64,000 nucleotides of DNA from Vermamoeba vermiformis. Its lineage: Eukaryota. Below the pieces are notes generated by a model. The model did not search any database and was not told the DNA's origin. It saw nothing but the letters and a program-made list of their open reading frames with translations. The stretch covers positions 1 through 64,000 of the forward strand of contig JBEWZL010000113.1 of the NCBI GenBank assembly GCA_045837725.1, in the 5' to 3' direction. This document shows positions 13,577 to 25,561 of this stretch, one piece after another (position 1 is the first letter of the stretch; every line of letters begins with the position of its first letter). The position numbers and the translations under genes were made by a program.

Positions 13577-14900
13577 ATGTCCCCGAAATTTCTGTTATCA
13601 ATAGCACTCGTACTACTTAGCCTCTCTTCGTCGCTGGCAATCGAGGTATACTAAGCAAATTCCCACAAACTAATAATATTCAAAAGATCTGCATCTAACT
13701 TTACAACTTTAGTTTTTGAATGTAACCGCCACATCAAGTGTTTTTGGCACTACTTCATACCCCGAAATGATATTTAAAGCAGGCGGAGATTGCATCGTGG
13801 TCGCCGATCATTCTCCGCTTGACAATGCTGTCTACTTCCGAATCCTCCGAAGAAACGCAACGAGCCAATACGACGAGATCTATAATGATACTACCTCGTA
13901 CGCTAATGACGTGACTACCAATGGAAACTGGTTTGGAGCTCTTGGAGGCTACAGTAGCGGATATCATTTATTCCAGCTGGATTCGAACAACCAAATAACC
14001 AACGGTCAAACCCTGCCAGACACTAAAAGTGGATTAGGATACCTTCTTTCCGACAATACATTCGTCTTCATCAATGCTACAACCATTCGCACTTACAAGA
14101 TCTCGAGTGGAGTATGGACGGTCATTCAGGAAATTTCCTCGCAGGGTGTTTCCGTTCAACTCAAATCGAAATTCAGAGTTACCTCGAATACTATGGCTGG
14201 TATTAGTACCAACCTTCAACAAACGAATGGTACTATTTACTATTGGACTCGAAACGCAGATCTGACTTGGTCACTTGCTGGAAGCATTGACTTCGATGAT
14301 ATTCACCCAGCATGGGCCTTATGGAATGGTGATAGTGCGCTTTTCGTTGGCGATCCTGGTCTCGGTGTTCTGAGAATTTACACGAAGAATAGCACTGGCG
14401 AATGGACTTACGAAAACTACCCTCAAAGTCTTCTGCCGAGCATTACTGGTGTCGGATACTTCCCGGCAATGATGGTGTTACTCAATGAAAATTCAGCGGT
14501 ACTTTCAGCTCCTCAAGACGGTTACCCACAAATGGATCGCGTTGGTGCCGCAGTGATTATGACACGTGTCAATGGGGTTTGGAACTTCACGACATTGATC
14601 AAATCTGATGTTAGTCTCTACTTGTTCAGCGCTGGTTTAGACGCAAATGACTACGACATTGTGTTTTATTCCGCTGTAACTCCGACAACTACTGCCTTTT
14701 ACACGTTGCCGTACAGCACTGTCGTTGCTCCCGATGGCTCAAATAACTCTCCTAACAGCGATTCGAACAATCCCGCGTCTAGTAGCGGCCCGTCAACTTC
14801 TTCGGGACCAAATAGCACTCCTTCTATGACCAGCGGACTTTCGATAGTAATGCCAATGTATTTAATTCAATTGTTTGCCGTAGTTGCGTTGATTTATTAA
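13577..14900 (+). CDS. Secreted, probably GPI-anchored beta-propeller (FG-GAP-like) surface protein, paralog 1
   Basis: Signal-peptide exon MSPKFLLSIALVLLSLSSSLAIE and one intron. Motifs LFVGDPG, VLSAPQDG and VGAAVI, then a Ser/Pro/Asn-rich stalk and a hydrophobic C-terminus. Confidence 0.7.
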
Positions 14901-15076
14901 ATGAATTTAATAAACGATACTACCAACGCCCGACAACCGATATCAGATTTTGTGCCATTAATTTACTAAAGCTGTCAAAGGTATAAATTTCAAATGTTAA
15001 CGAAGGTTAAAAACAGATTCAATACTCATTTTATTTACTTTCTACTGTAGAACAACACAATATTTGCATCAAAAAT

Positions 15077-16482
15077 ATGCAGTTACGTGTTCAATTCTCT
15101 ATTCTCTTGGTGCTGCTGGGCCTATCCGCAACGTTGGCAATCGAGGTATACAGAAAAATACTTTTATCAACAATTTAGTTGGACTTCGTGAATCAGATTG
15201 TTAAATAACGACTCAATTATTTATTTGCGAAGGTTTAATAAGAAAATTAATTCGAAGCAAATTAAATCAGTGGATGATCTGACATTTACGTCTTTAGTTT
15301 CTGAATGTAACCGTCAACGCGAGCCTCTTTGGTGCAACTCAATATCCGGGTGTACTTTTCCAAGCAGGAGGAGACAGCATTGTTGTTGCAGACCAATCTC
15401 CGATCGACAACAATCCCTACTTCCGAATCCTGCGTCGAAACTCCACTTCTCAATACGACGAGATCCACAGGGAACTGTTGTTCGCTAACGACGTCGCCAC
15501 AAACGGAAACTGGCATGGATACCTGAAAAGCGCCTACCTGGATGGCGGTTATTACTTGTTTCAACTGGATTCGAACAACAACGTCACAAACACGCATTAT
15601 TTCCACGACTTAACGTCTGGCTTTGGAACTCTTTTGTCGGACAATTCGTTTGTTTTCGCCAATCCATCAATGATTCAGACCTACGTCATTAAAGACGGCA
15701 ATTGGACGCTCATCCAGACAATTGAAGTTCAGCGCCTTGTAACGTACTACAAATGGAGTTTCCACGCTGACTCGAGCACAATGTCTGGCTTGACTACCAA
15801 TGCTGAACGGACTAACGGTACTATCTTGTATTGGACTCGGAACGCGGATCTGACTTGGTCTCTCGCTGGCAGCGTTGACTTTGGCAACAATATTTATCCT
15901 AATTGGGCAAGATGGAATGGAGGCGATACTATCTTCGTCGGAGATCCTGGCAACAGACTTCTCAGAGTTTACACGAAGAACAGCACTGATGAATGGACTT
16001 ACCAGAACTACCCTCAGACTTTGGCTGGCATCACGGGTGTTGGATACTTCCCTTCAAGTTGCGTACTAGTGGATGCTAACACCGCCGTGCTTTCTGCCCC
16101 TCAAGACGGAGCCACAGTCAACGACCCACGAGTTGGCGCGTCAGTTGTGATGGCACGCGGCAGCGGCGGTTGGAATTTCACGACAGTTTTCAAAGCAGAT
16201 CGAAATCTGTACTTGTTCAGCGCTGGATTGGACATTAATGACTACGATTTGGTTTTCTATTCAGTCGTATCAGCCAAAACTACAACTTTTTATACGCTGC
16301 CTCTTAGTGCTGGTACGCCGAATAGCGCAGACAACCCACCTAGTAACGAGTCGAACAATCCTTCGAGCAGCAATACGCCTTCATCTATGCCTAGCTTCGA
16401 CAACGTTCCGGTAGCATCTACTGGATTTTTGGTAGCAATGCCGTCATTGGTCGTCCTGGCAACGATTTGGATTCTTTTGTGA
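15077..16482 (+). CDS. Secreted, probably GPI-anchored beta-propeller surface protein, paralog 2
   Basis: Signal exon MQLRVQFSILLVLLGLSATLAIE with the intron at the same position as paralog 1. Shares TNGNW, YWTRNADLTWSLAGS, FVGDPG, GITGVGYFP, SAPQDG and YLFSAGLD with paralog 1. Confidence 0.7.
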
Positions 16483-16857
16483 TTTAAAAGTAAAGTGACA
16501 GTTTAAATGGTGTTGTCTGCATAAATATACGACTAAAATCAATGAATCATTACCATTTATTCAAGTAATATTAAGCGTGGCGCGCGAACACGTGCAACAG
16601 CTCCCAAAAAGAGAAACTTTTTTCTTTGAAACGAAACAACTTTTATCAATTTTATTCGCATTATAATGTTAGGAGTCACGTGTCGGACTCCCTGTTATGA
16701 GTATTAGTTGTTTTTGTGTTTTTTTGGAAGATCAAATCCCAATCGAGTGAAGCCAAGCCGAACTTCCTTTTTTGTATTTTACTCCGCGGTCGGCTGTATA
16801 AATAGTTATCGGCAGTACTGGACGAAAGTATTTTTATCGAAGTTTATACAGACTGCA

Positions 16858-18954
16858 ATGAGAGCGATAGCGCTTATATTGTTTTTGTTTCCTGTTGTTT
16901 TTGCTGGGCAGATCAGCTTCAAATTAGACGACTACGGCCTATCTCAGTTTTTTTATAATGGTCAACCTATCTTGAACGCCTCGAGCTCATTCTTCTGCTT
17001 CGGTTACACTCTTACTCACCCAAATGCCACTAAACAATTTATTTACCAAGATCAATCCATACTCAATGGACAAAACAAGAGCGTCGATGCGGATGGAAAT
17101 GGTTTCACTATACTTCGAGATGATTATAAATATTATTGCAGATATTCTGTGCCAGTTGAAAGTGAATTTATGATTTCCTGCGAAGTTTCGAATCTACATC
17201 CAAGCGCCTCTATGAGTGGATGGGCGTTCGCTTTGATGAGAAGAATGAAACCACCTGCAGAAGTGACGATATTTAATCGAGGAGAAACTGGTTTTGACGA
17301 GGCTTCGTATTCGGTTGTTACCACATCGGGCGGAGACTTTGCAATGGTTGCTTATCCTATGAGCTACCGAGTTCCAACAACAATCGCCACCACAACAAAC
17401 TACGATGAATACTCGATGTCTGCTTACTGGAGTCCCCGTAAAGCGGAAGGTAATTCATTGCAACATTTTTTTTGAGGATCCAACTCACACGTTTTCATCC
17501 AGACTTCATTCCGGTTGGTGGCAGTATTACTTTAAAATGGAAAATTAAATTTTTTGCCCTTAATACCGATATTCTAGAGATGGCTCAAGAGCCCTTCGAT
17601 TTATTCACTGAGCAGTACCCAATGACCTTAAATTGGCCCGATCGGTAACCTTTTAATTAACAAATTGGAGAAGCTCAATAATTCTAACGATTTTAGACGT
17701 CCTATCCTCACTCACTTTGCGGCATCTGGTTTCCATGCATCCCCGACCAACCCTCGTGGTTTTTTCAACCAACCGGAAGCAGATTTCGTTAGCGAATCTG
17801 GCAAAGCTAATTTCAAGACAACTCTCCTTGCTTCAGCGAGAGATATGGTCAATAATATGAAAGCTGTCAATGCGCAAGGCATGATCTTGTGGGATATGGA
17901 AGGTGAAGAATTGCCTCATGCAATCACGTACATAGGAGATCCAATTCACGCTGAGCTCATGGCGCCAGAAATGGTCGGTGCCATTGATGAGTACTTCAAA
18001 ATCATCACCGACGCAGGATTCAAGTGTGGTTTGACCATTAGACCTCAACAGATGGAGTTTGGTTCGGAAGTGCCCGTTGGTCCTTGTGTCAACAACTCGG
18101 TCTACATTCATTACAATGGCGACTTTCAGAAGAAAGGATACACGTGCATTAACGACGTCTATTATATCTCGTTGCCTTACTTCCAACCACCAGGAGGAGA
18201 ACCAACCGAAATTATGATCAACAAAATGAAGTACGCCAAAGAGCGATGGGGCTGCACAATCTTCTACGTAGACTCTAATGCTCATCCCGGTGCATTCGCA
18301 TATCCTTCAGACATTCATGAAGCCGTTTTGGATGCCGTACCTGGTATTCTGGTGCTACCTGAAAATGATTATCCGCGTTACTTCAGATCCATGGCTCCTT
18401 ACGGTGAAATTGATATGAACGTTTGGTTTCAAGATTCAATGTACCCTGAATCATTTGCAGCTATCAACGTTCAAGACGGAGCTCTGAACATTGAGCTTCT
18501 GACCGAATCTACTCTACGCGGCAACGTGTTTCTCGCTCGTGGCTGGTTCAGTGATACAAGAACAACAGACCTATATTCTATTCTGCAAAGCGTTGAAAAG
18601 AACTATACTTACAGCATCGATGGCGCAACTGAAGTTCAAGGCTACGTCGGACAGAAAATTAGCATTGGTGTCACTTTGACTGCCGATAGGAAGTCTGGAA
18701 TTACCTTTGATTGGCAGGCTACAAAAGCAACTATAATACCAGATTACAATCAATTCCTCTCAACAGTGGAAGTTGTTTACAACGAGCCTGGAACTTACAC
18801 CGTCGATCTGATTGTTCGTCGTGGAATCACTGCAAAGAACCATACTGTCACGGTCAACGTTACATTGGACCCTTCGAAAACTAGTGGAAGTTCGGTCTTG
18901 GAAGCGTCAGTGCTCTTTTTGGTAGCAATATTATTTCTAAAATTAGTTTATTAA
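16858..18954 (+). CDS. Secreted protein with N-terminal beta-rich domain, putative glycoside-hydrolase-like TIM barrel, PKD/Ig-like domain and hydrophobic tail
   Basis: Signal peptide MRAIALILFLFPVVFAG and two introns. Motifs WPDRRPI, TNPRG, QGMILWDMEGEE, YIGDP, APEM, GLTIRPQQ, RWGCTIFYVDSN; PKD-like YNEPGTYTVDLIV; C-terminal hydrophobic segment. Confidence 0.65.
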
Positions 18955-18997
18955 GAATAAATAAATAAAGGCGTATGTCACATTTACGACCTATGAA

Positions 18998-21900
18998 TTA
19001 CGCAGAATTGATGCTTGAATTCGTGGTTTGCGTGCCATTATTGACCAGTTCGCCGCTTTTAATGTCTTCAGAGGCCGAATAGAACTTCTCGGTCAATGAA
19101 TCTTCAGGCACTTCAGCTTCATCTTCATGTCGATCACCTTTCGTGCTGTCATCATCTTCATTTTCATGAGTGCTGAAGTACTCGTCGTTACTAGCCTCAA
19201 TGCCGTTCTGGCTCGATTCTTCGCTTTCGGCGCCTAGCGATCGTCGCATACTGAGCAGATCTCGCAACTCTTCCGTATTTTGAAGAGTTGGAGCCTCGCC
19301 CTTTTTGTAGATCCCAAATATAACTCTAGCATGTCGCTTTGATTCGAAATCTACGAGCACTGAGAGCTTCGTGCAATGATAATTGAACTTGGCGCTGCTC
19401 AAGATCGGGTTGTTCCAGAAAAGTGTCAAAATGTCATTCACTTGCGTGCCGTCTTCTTCGGTCCAAGAAACTTCGTATGACACGTAAGCCTCTGTACCAC
19501 TCAAGCGCGAGTTGGATCCGGTACCAAAGCTAACGTCCGCATCAGAAGAGATCTAAAAGTGGTATTAGTAAATAGCGGCAAAAAATAACTTAAATTGGCC
19601 AGTCTTACTTTCTCTGCTGGTATTCTGCCCCAAAAGCCGTGCTTCAAGACAGTGTCACTTCGCTTCAATTCGAATGGCGTATCGTTCATGATCGTAACTT
19701 CAACCGACTTGTAGGCCTTGTTGATCTTATGCTACAAACACAATTGTTAGATTGTGTTGATATTAGACAACCGGTGGCAAAAGACTTACTCTCCAGCTCT
19801 CCGCAATCATGTTGTGCTTCTCAATCGCAGCAACTTGAGAAGATTTCAGGCCTTCAAGTGCCACGTCATCAACATGAGTCTTCTTGTGCTTGTTGATCTT
19901 GTGGTGCGTGACTTTCTCTAGCGATCTTTTATCCACTTTGCTACGTCGACTACGTTGTTGCTCTAGGTGGCCTTGTTCATCGTAGTACACTCGGAAGGTA
20001 ATGCCATCACTTTCGCGGTCTTGTTCGACTCTGAAAGCAGGCGTTGCTTGGTGGTAAAACTTTGTACGAAGGCCAAACGCCGTCTTCGTGAAGTAAAAGC
20101 CACATCGCTCTTTCATATTGATCAGAGACACTAATAAAAATGTCAGTATTTAAATACGCGTATGACTCCATTGTCTTACTCGTAGTGTTTTTCTCGGCAC
20201 CAGCGAGATTGGCAGGGCTGGACTTGGCAAGAGCTCTACTCAGTCGCTTGGGTTCGCGAAGGACGTTGTGGTTCTCCTTCAAGCCCTTGGCAAGTTCTTC
20301 AGGAGCAAAAGTGACATTCTTCACGTGAATGATCTGGCCCTCCTCGTCCATCATCAGGCCGTTGTTGAGATTGATGTTGTTGGCGTTCACTTCAATGTTG
20401 TTCTGATTGATGTTGTTGAAGGTTGTCGGGATGTCACCAACACTGTACGATCGGCTTCGCCTCAAGATTGACTTGCCGCTACCGGTCAACGAGGTTCTTT
20501 CCGGAGATCCGTCTGTCTTTGACGCGGTTGCCGTGACGGGCTTGGGCTTAGGTCCTTTAGATCCAAACATAGGCTTAACAGGCGCATTCTTCTCGTCGCT
20601 TGACATAGCCCTGTTAGATCTTGTTCGCTTCAGCAAGCTCTTGGGAGCATGAGGTGGGCTTGAGATGGACTTGGTACAGTACACGACCCAGCCTTCAAGA
20701 CCCGTGAACAGGTACGAGCTGTCAGCTAGCACGTGAATTGTCTCGCTGCTGCCAGGAGCAATATTCTCGGGAGGCAAAGTACCCTGCAGCCAATGTCAGT
20801 AATGCAATTCGTTGTGAATGTACGAGTTCAACCCACCCAGCTACCACGGTCCATTCGCCACTTGATTCGGCGAAGGTAATTAGGCGTGCGATTATCGATA
20901 GTGATTCTCATCAGAGGAGATTTCTTCTTGTCCTCGGGCTTTTCCGTGCGCTTCTGGTAATGGCTAATAATCCTATTGATAGCAGAAACAGCACGACCAA
21001 CACCGTCTTGGCTTCTAATTTGCTCACCTACAAAGACTTAGCAAGAACTCTCTAGGCTTCTAGCCCATGCTAACTTACCAATACTGGCAGCGCGTTGGAT
21101 CATCTTTTGATCGGTCAACATAATATCGATACTCTTTGAGAGCTTCTCGGTGGTGATGCTCTTCACGCTCATGTGCGAAGGTCCAACGCCAAGGTCCTCA
21201 ATTCTCTTGGCCCAGAAGAACTGATCGCCGAAGAAAGGCACGATCATAGTCGGAATACCAGCACGCAAGGCAGCAGCAGTAGTACCAGCACCACCGTGTT
21301 GAATAGTCCCTGCGCATTGAGGGAACAACCAATCGTGAGGCACGTTGTCAACAGGGAAGATGTAGTCAGGATATTCTTCAGCACCCATGCCTCCCCAGCC
21401 CTTTGACAACACAGCTCGTGCGCCAGACATCTTGACAGCTTCAAAGATCGTCTTTGTGAGGCCATCGGGATCTTCAACAGTCACGGAACCGAAGCCGATG
21501 TAGATAGGCTTTGGTCCAGCTTCGAGCCACTTGACAAGCTTGGGGTCGGGCTTGTAGTTTTTGTCAGGTTCCATGAACCAGTAGCCCGTGACGTCAATGT
21601 ACTCAGGCCAGTCCTAGCTCACGTTAGTACCGCAAAAATGGATTGGCAATGTACACTTACGTGAGGCTTAGGGAGCACGGAAGGACTCCAACAGTACAAG
21701 AATGGAATGTGACGATCGGAGTGGATACGATAATCAGTAATTCCCAAGAAAGGAAGACCGAGTACTTGAGATCTGAACTTGTTCAAAATGCTTCTCATGG
21801 GCTGGAACATGCCTTGCTCCATAGCCACAAAGCTGCTGTAATTGTAGATAGGCGATGCAGCGGAGCTGACGGCGAAGGGCTAGTGACTGTTAGAACGCAC

Positions 21901-24270
21901 GTCAAGCAAATAGCTCGTTGGTAACTTACATTCGGGAACTGCGTGGTTCTGGTCCAAGGGATCGTGAATACTTCAACGAGAGGAATGCCAAGCTTCTCGG
22001 CAATTGAAGGGCCTGCCATACACGCGGGGTTCTCCAAGATGACGTCCGTGTCAGTCTTACAGGCGTCCCAACAGGTCACGAGCAAGTCAGCCATGAAGTG
22101 AGTGAACTTGCTGAGGGCCTCTTTGAAAAATGAAATGGAGAACATGTCGTTCTTGACGCAGAGTGCCATCAAGTCTTTGGGATCGCCAGCCAGCGGGTAG
22201 AACGCCAATCCGTTATCTTCGACGAACTTTCGATGAGCCTCGTGAGTAGCGATCTTGCACTTGTGGCCGTAAGTCTCCAAGCGAAGAGCCAATGCAATGA
22301 CAGGTTGAACATCACCACGACTGCCAACGATCATAAAAGTAAAGCGAAGATTTTTATCCGAGGCCACTATGAACAGAAGTGCATTAGTGACAAGTTCAGT
22401 GTACACGAGACCAACACTTACTGATTTCATCACTGCTCTCTTCTTGGATAACCTTGGCGTAGTCAGAAAGCTTGGGAGAACTTGAGCCTCGCTTTTGCTC
22501 GGCCAAATGCAAGCACTTCTTCAACAACGTGAAGGCGTTGTGACGATACAAAAACGTGTTGAAAAAGAAGGACTCGTCCTTAGTTTTGATCAGAATAGAA
22601 TTCGGGAACAAAAACAAGCTGTTCTGTTTCTTGATTTGAATGACATCTCTGAACGGAATAACAACCTGAAACCAAACGTCAATATGAGTTTCTGACAATG
22701 AGCGGACTAAAACGTACGATGTTTTTGACGCCAAAGATGTTCGAGTAGAAACAGACGTAGTTTTGCGAGACGTACATTCGTCCCGAATGACTGATCATTC
22801 GTACAAGACTGCAAGAATAGCCTGAAAATTATTGGATTAGATTTCAATTTGTTCTGAATAGAATAAGAAACGAAAAATAAATTCTAAAACTCATTCTTGT
22901 GCGTTTATGCATAAACGAACTTACTTTCAATTAAGACCTCCGATTCGGGCAATTGGAATCGTTTGTGAAATATTGTGTTCTCGGTGCTGTTAATGTCCTT
23001 CGTATCAATAGCACCGTTCGAGCTTTCTTCATCGTGAGGTGGCATGTCTTCCTCTTCTTCTTTGTCCTCTGCTTGAGGCTTTTTCAGACTTTCATCTCTG
23101 AGTTTTAAAATCTCTTCTTTCAATGCATCAACGTCTTGACTAATGCTCGAGAAATAGAACTTAAAAGGATATTAGTATCTTATTAACGGATTATATTAGT
23201 AAGAGGCTACTTCTTGACCATCGCGAGTGTTCACTTGAAATCCGTTCGAGTACATGTACGAGTTGACCGTATGGATAAATTCAACAGTACGCAAAGGTAT
23301 AATAGCCTGTTTTATACATAAATCAGCCATCTGTTATATTGCACGACGAAAGATCCAGTCACAGCTCGTTAGCTTGGAAAATTGGATTCGAATTTACGAA
23401 GCAATTGCAGAATCAGCTCGAAAAAACATACCAGAACATTAGATTGGTCTGTTGGCGTCCCAATCTTAGATCGCATTGCTTCGATCCATTCATCGCGATC
23501 TGATTCATTGGCCGCAAACAAGTACCAAGTCTTGCGAGTTGTCGTGATCGAGAAGCTAAAATTTTTCTTGGTGATTTCAGGACCTACTTTCTCGACAGAA
23601 TGGATGTCACACCAATTAATAATACTTTTAGGGTTATATCGGTGCTAAAAAGAAGAGTTAGTGACAACCCTTTAACGGATGTGAGTCACGTACTTCCGGC
23701 TTCTTGCAAAAGATAATGGCGTCGCTCTCAACGAAGACATATAGCTTCCTCCAATATGTCTCTCGGGAGGATTTGAATAAATAGCCTTCTTTGATAATTC
23801 TTTCTTGCTGTCATAAGAAAAAACGGAACAAAATTAGATCCGCGACACTTTGATGCTCCGCGTTTTTGAAATTTTAAATAGCTTACCAAAGGTTTATGAA
23901 TATCGACAAAGAATATTAAATGGTCTTCAGCGATGCAGAACTTTCCGAAGACCGTTTTGTCTCCTTGAATGAACGAGCATGGGAAATCTGAAAAAAAAAA
24001 AGCAATCTTAGCACCACACCTTAAGATAATACTCTCTGTTCGATAAATACCTTTTATCAACTTCTCTTCCTTCGGTAGACTGAAGACTTGGCGTACCATA
24101 CTCTCAATCTCTGGATTACCAACAACAGGCTCTACATTCTCGTCTTCCTCTTCACTGTCCATTGACATTGTTCGCCCTACGCAATGTATTAATAACTTGC
24201 TCGAACGGTGGTCCAAAAATTGGCGACAGTACTTACAGAGTGATCCGGCTAAGGCAGAAACTTCAGCCAT
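18998..24270 (-). CDS. ATG26: Sterol 3-beta-glucosyltransferase (ATG26/UGT51 type: GRAM-PH-GRAM-GT28-UDPGT) with two C-terminal aegerolysin-like domains
   Basis: GT motifs IVGSRGDVQPVIALA, IYIGFGS, VPHDWLFPQC, HGGAGTTAAALRAGIP, PFFGDQFFW. GRAM motifs (FSLPKEEKLI, FQLPESEVLIE, GRMYVSQNYVCFYSNIFG) and a PH motif (TTRKTWYLFAANESDRDEWIEAM). The frame continues through GT-AG introns to 18998. Confidence 0.85.
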
Positions 24271-25561
24271 TTTGATGATCTGTTTAATAAATAGTTTTGT
24301 GGGGTTTAAATAAATAATATGTTAAAAACTGAAAGGAAGGAAAAGAATGAAAGAAAGCGGCTTCTAGACTACTGAAATCAAACCACTTTTCACTGTGTTT
24401 TCGCCGCATTTTCGCCCGCTTGTTCTCGATCGACACGACAATGTCATGGCCAAATATGCGTGTATTTATATATATATTGCTACGGTTGATACAAAATGAT
24501 ATGGCACGTAAATGAATTGAAAAACAAAATCAACGACTAAAATTTCAATTAATCTAATCTGGAAGCACTCTGGTATCTAATTTAGGCGTACCTTGCTCGT
24601 GTGAAAATAGCCACACCTATAATAATACTTGTGCTCGATAGTAGAAACTCGGCAGCTTATTCATCTAAATCTAGCCGTTACAAGGCTTGGTTGAAGGTGG
24701 TTCCTATCCGTAGCGCATGTTCAGTTCAAAATACACAATAATACAAAGAGTAGGCACAATGCATTAACAAATTACTTCAAGGTCGTGTGGAGAACAATTG
24801 AGTCTCAAATATCAAAAATCCTGTGAAGACGCACACAGCCCTTTCACGAAGCAGAAAGTGATCGCCTCCGTTTATACGGTGACTGCTATGTTGTACGGTG
24901 ACCCTTATGACTATGGTATCATCCACCAGTAGTCTTATCGCAGAGTGGCCTCAACCAACTTGCATGCAAGCCAGATTAAGTCGTTTCAAAAACTACAAGC
25001 ACAAAAATCAACAAAATTAATGCCGTAGTGGTAAAAATAATATCATGATATCATGCCATTTTTTGGAAGATATTTGGAATTTGGTTTTGACATAATTTTT
25101 GTCAAATCAAATCCACTGCAAACAAACGTACCCACTGCGTTCTGCAAAATCACTTCTATCAATCTTAGCAATCTTAGTGATATCCGGCAAGGCAATCACA
25201 TTATACATGTTACCCGGCCCACCTCTAGGTCACAAGCCCGTGCGATCTGGGGACAGCCATTCGACATTACCTGATATTGCTAATGACTTTACGAGCTCAC
25301 AGGCCGTTGACAAGCGCGCAGTGTTGCGCTTTGTGCAGTTCGATTCGGAAGGTTACCGGGCCAACAACACGTAAAAACCCCTGTCCGAAACCGAAATCGT
25401 CGCTAATTTTAGCCCTTAAATCCTCAATTTGTTTCCTTTTAGAATTCCATAACTTTATTTTCAACCCAAGCACAGACAGGATACACCGCTCGCTCCCGTA
25501 TTCTAGTACAACAGTGGTCAAGTAAAGGCAGTGGAACCAAAGTTAGATCCGTGACACGATA

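Noticed and set aside
17833-18285. Antisense ORFs overlapping real exons (this one and many others in the ORF track)
   Set aside because: Shadow ORFs on the opposite strand of well-supported genes.
24560-25540. About 1 kb of moderately GC-rich sequence with short overlapping ORFs and possible ggccc/gggcc pairing
   Set aside because: No coherent spliced frame and no RNase P/MRP, SRP or snRNA consensus recognised; may be a decayed gene.
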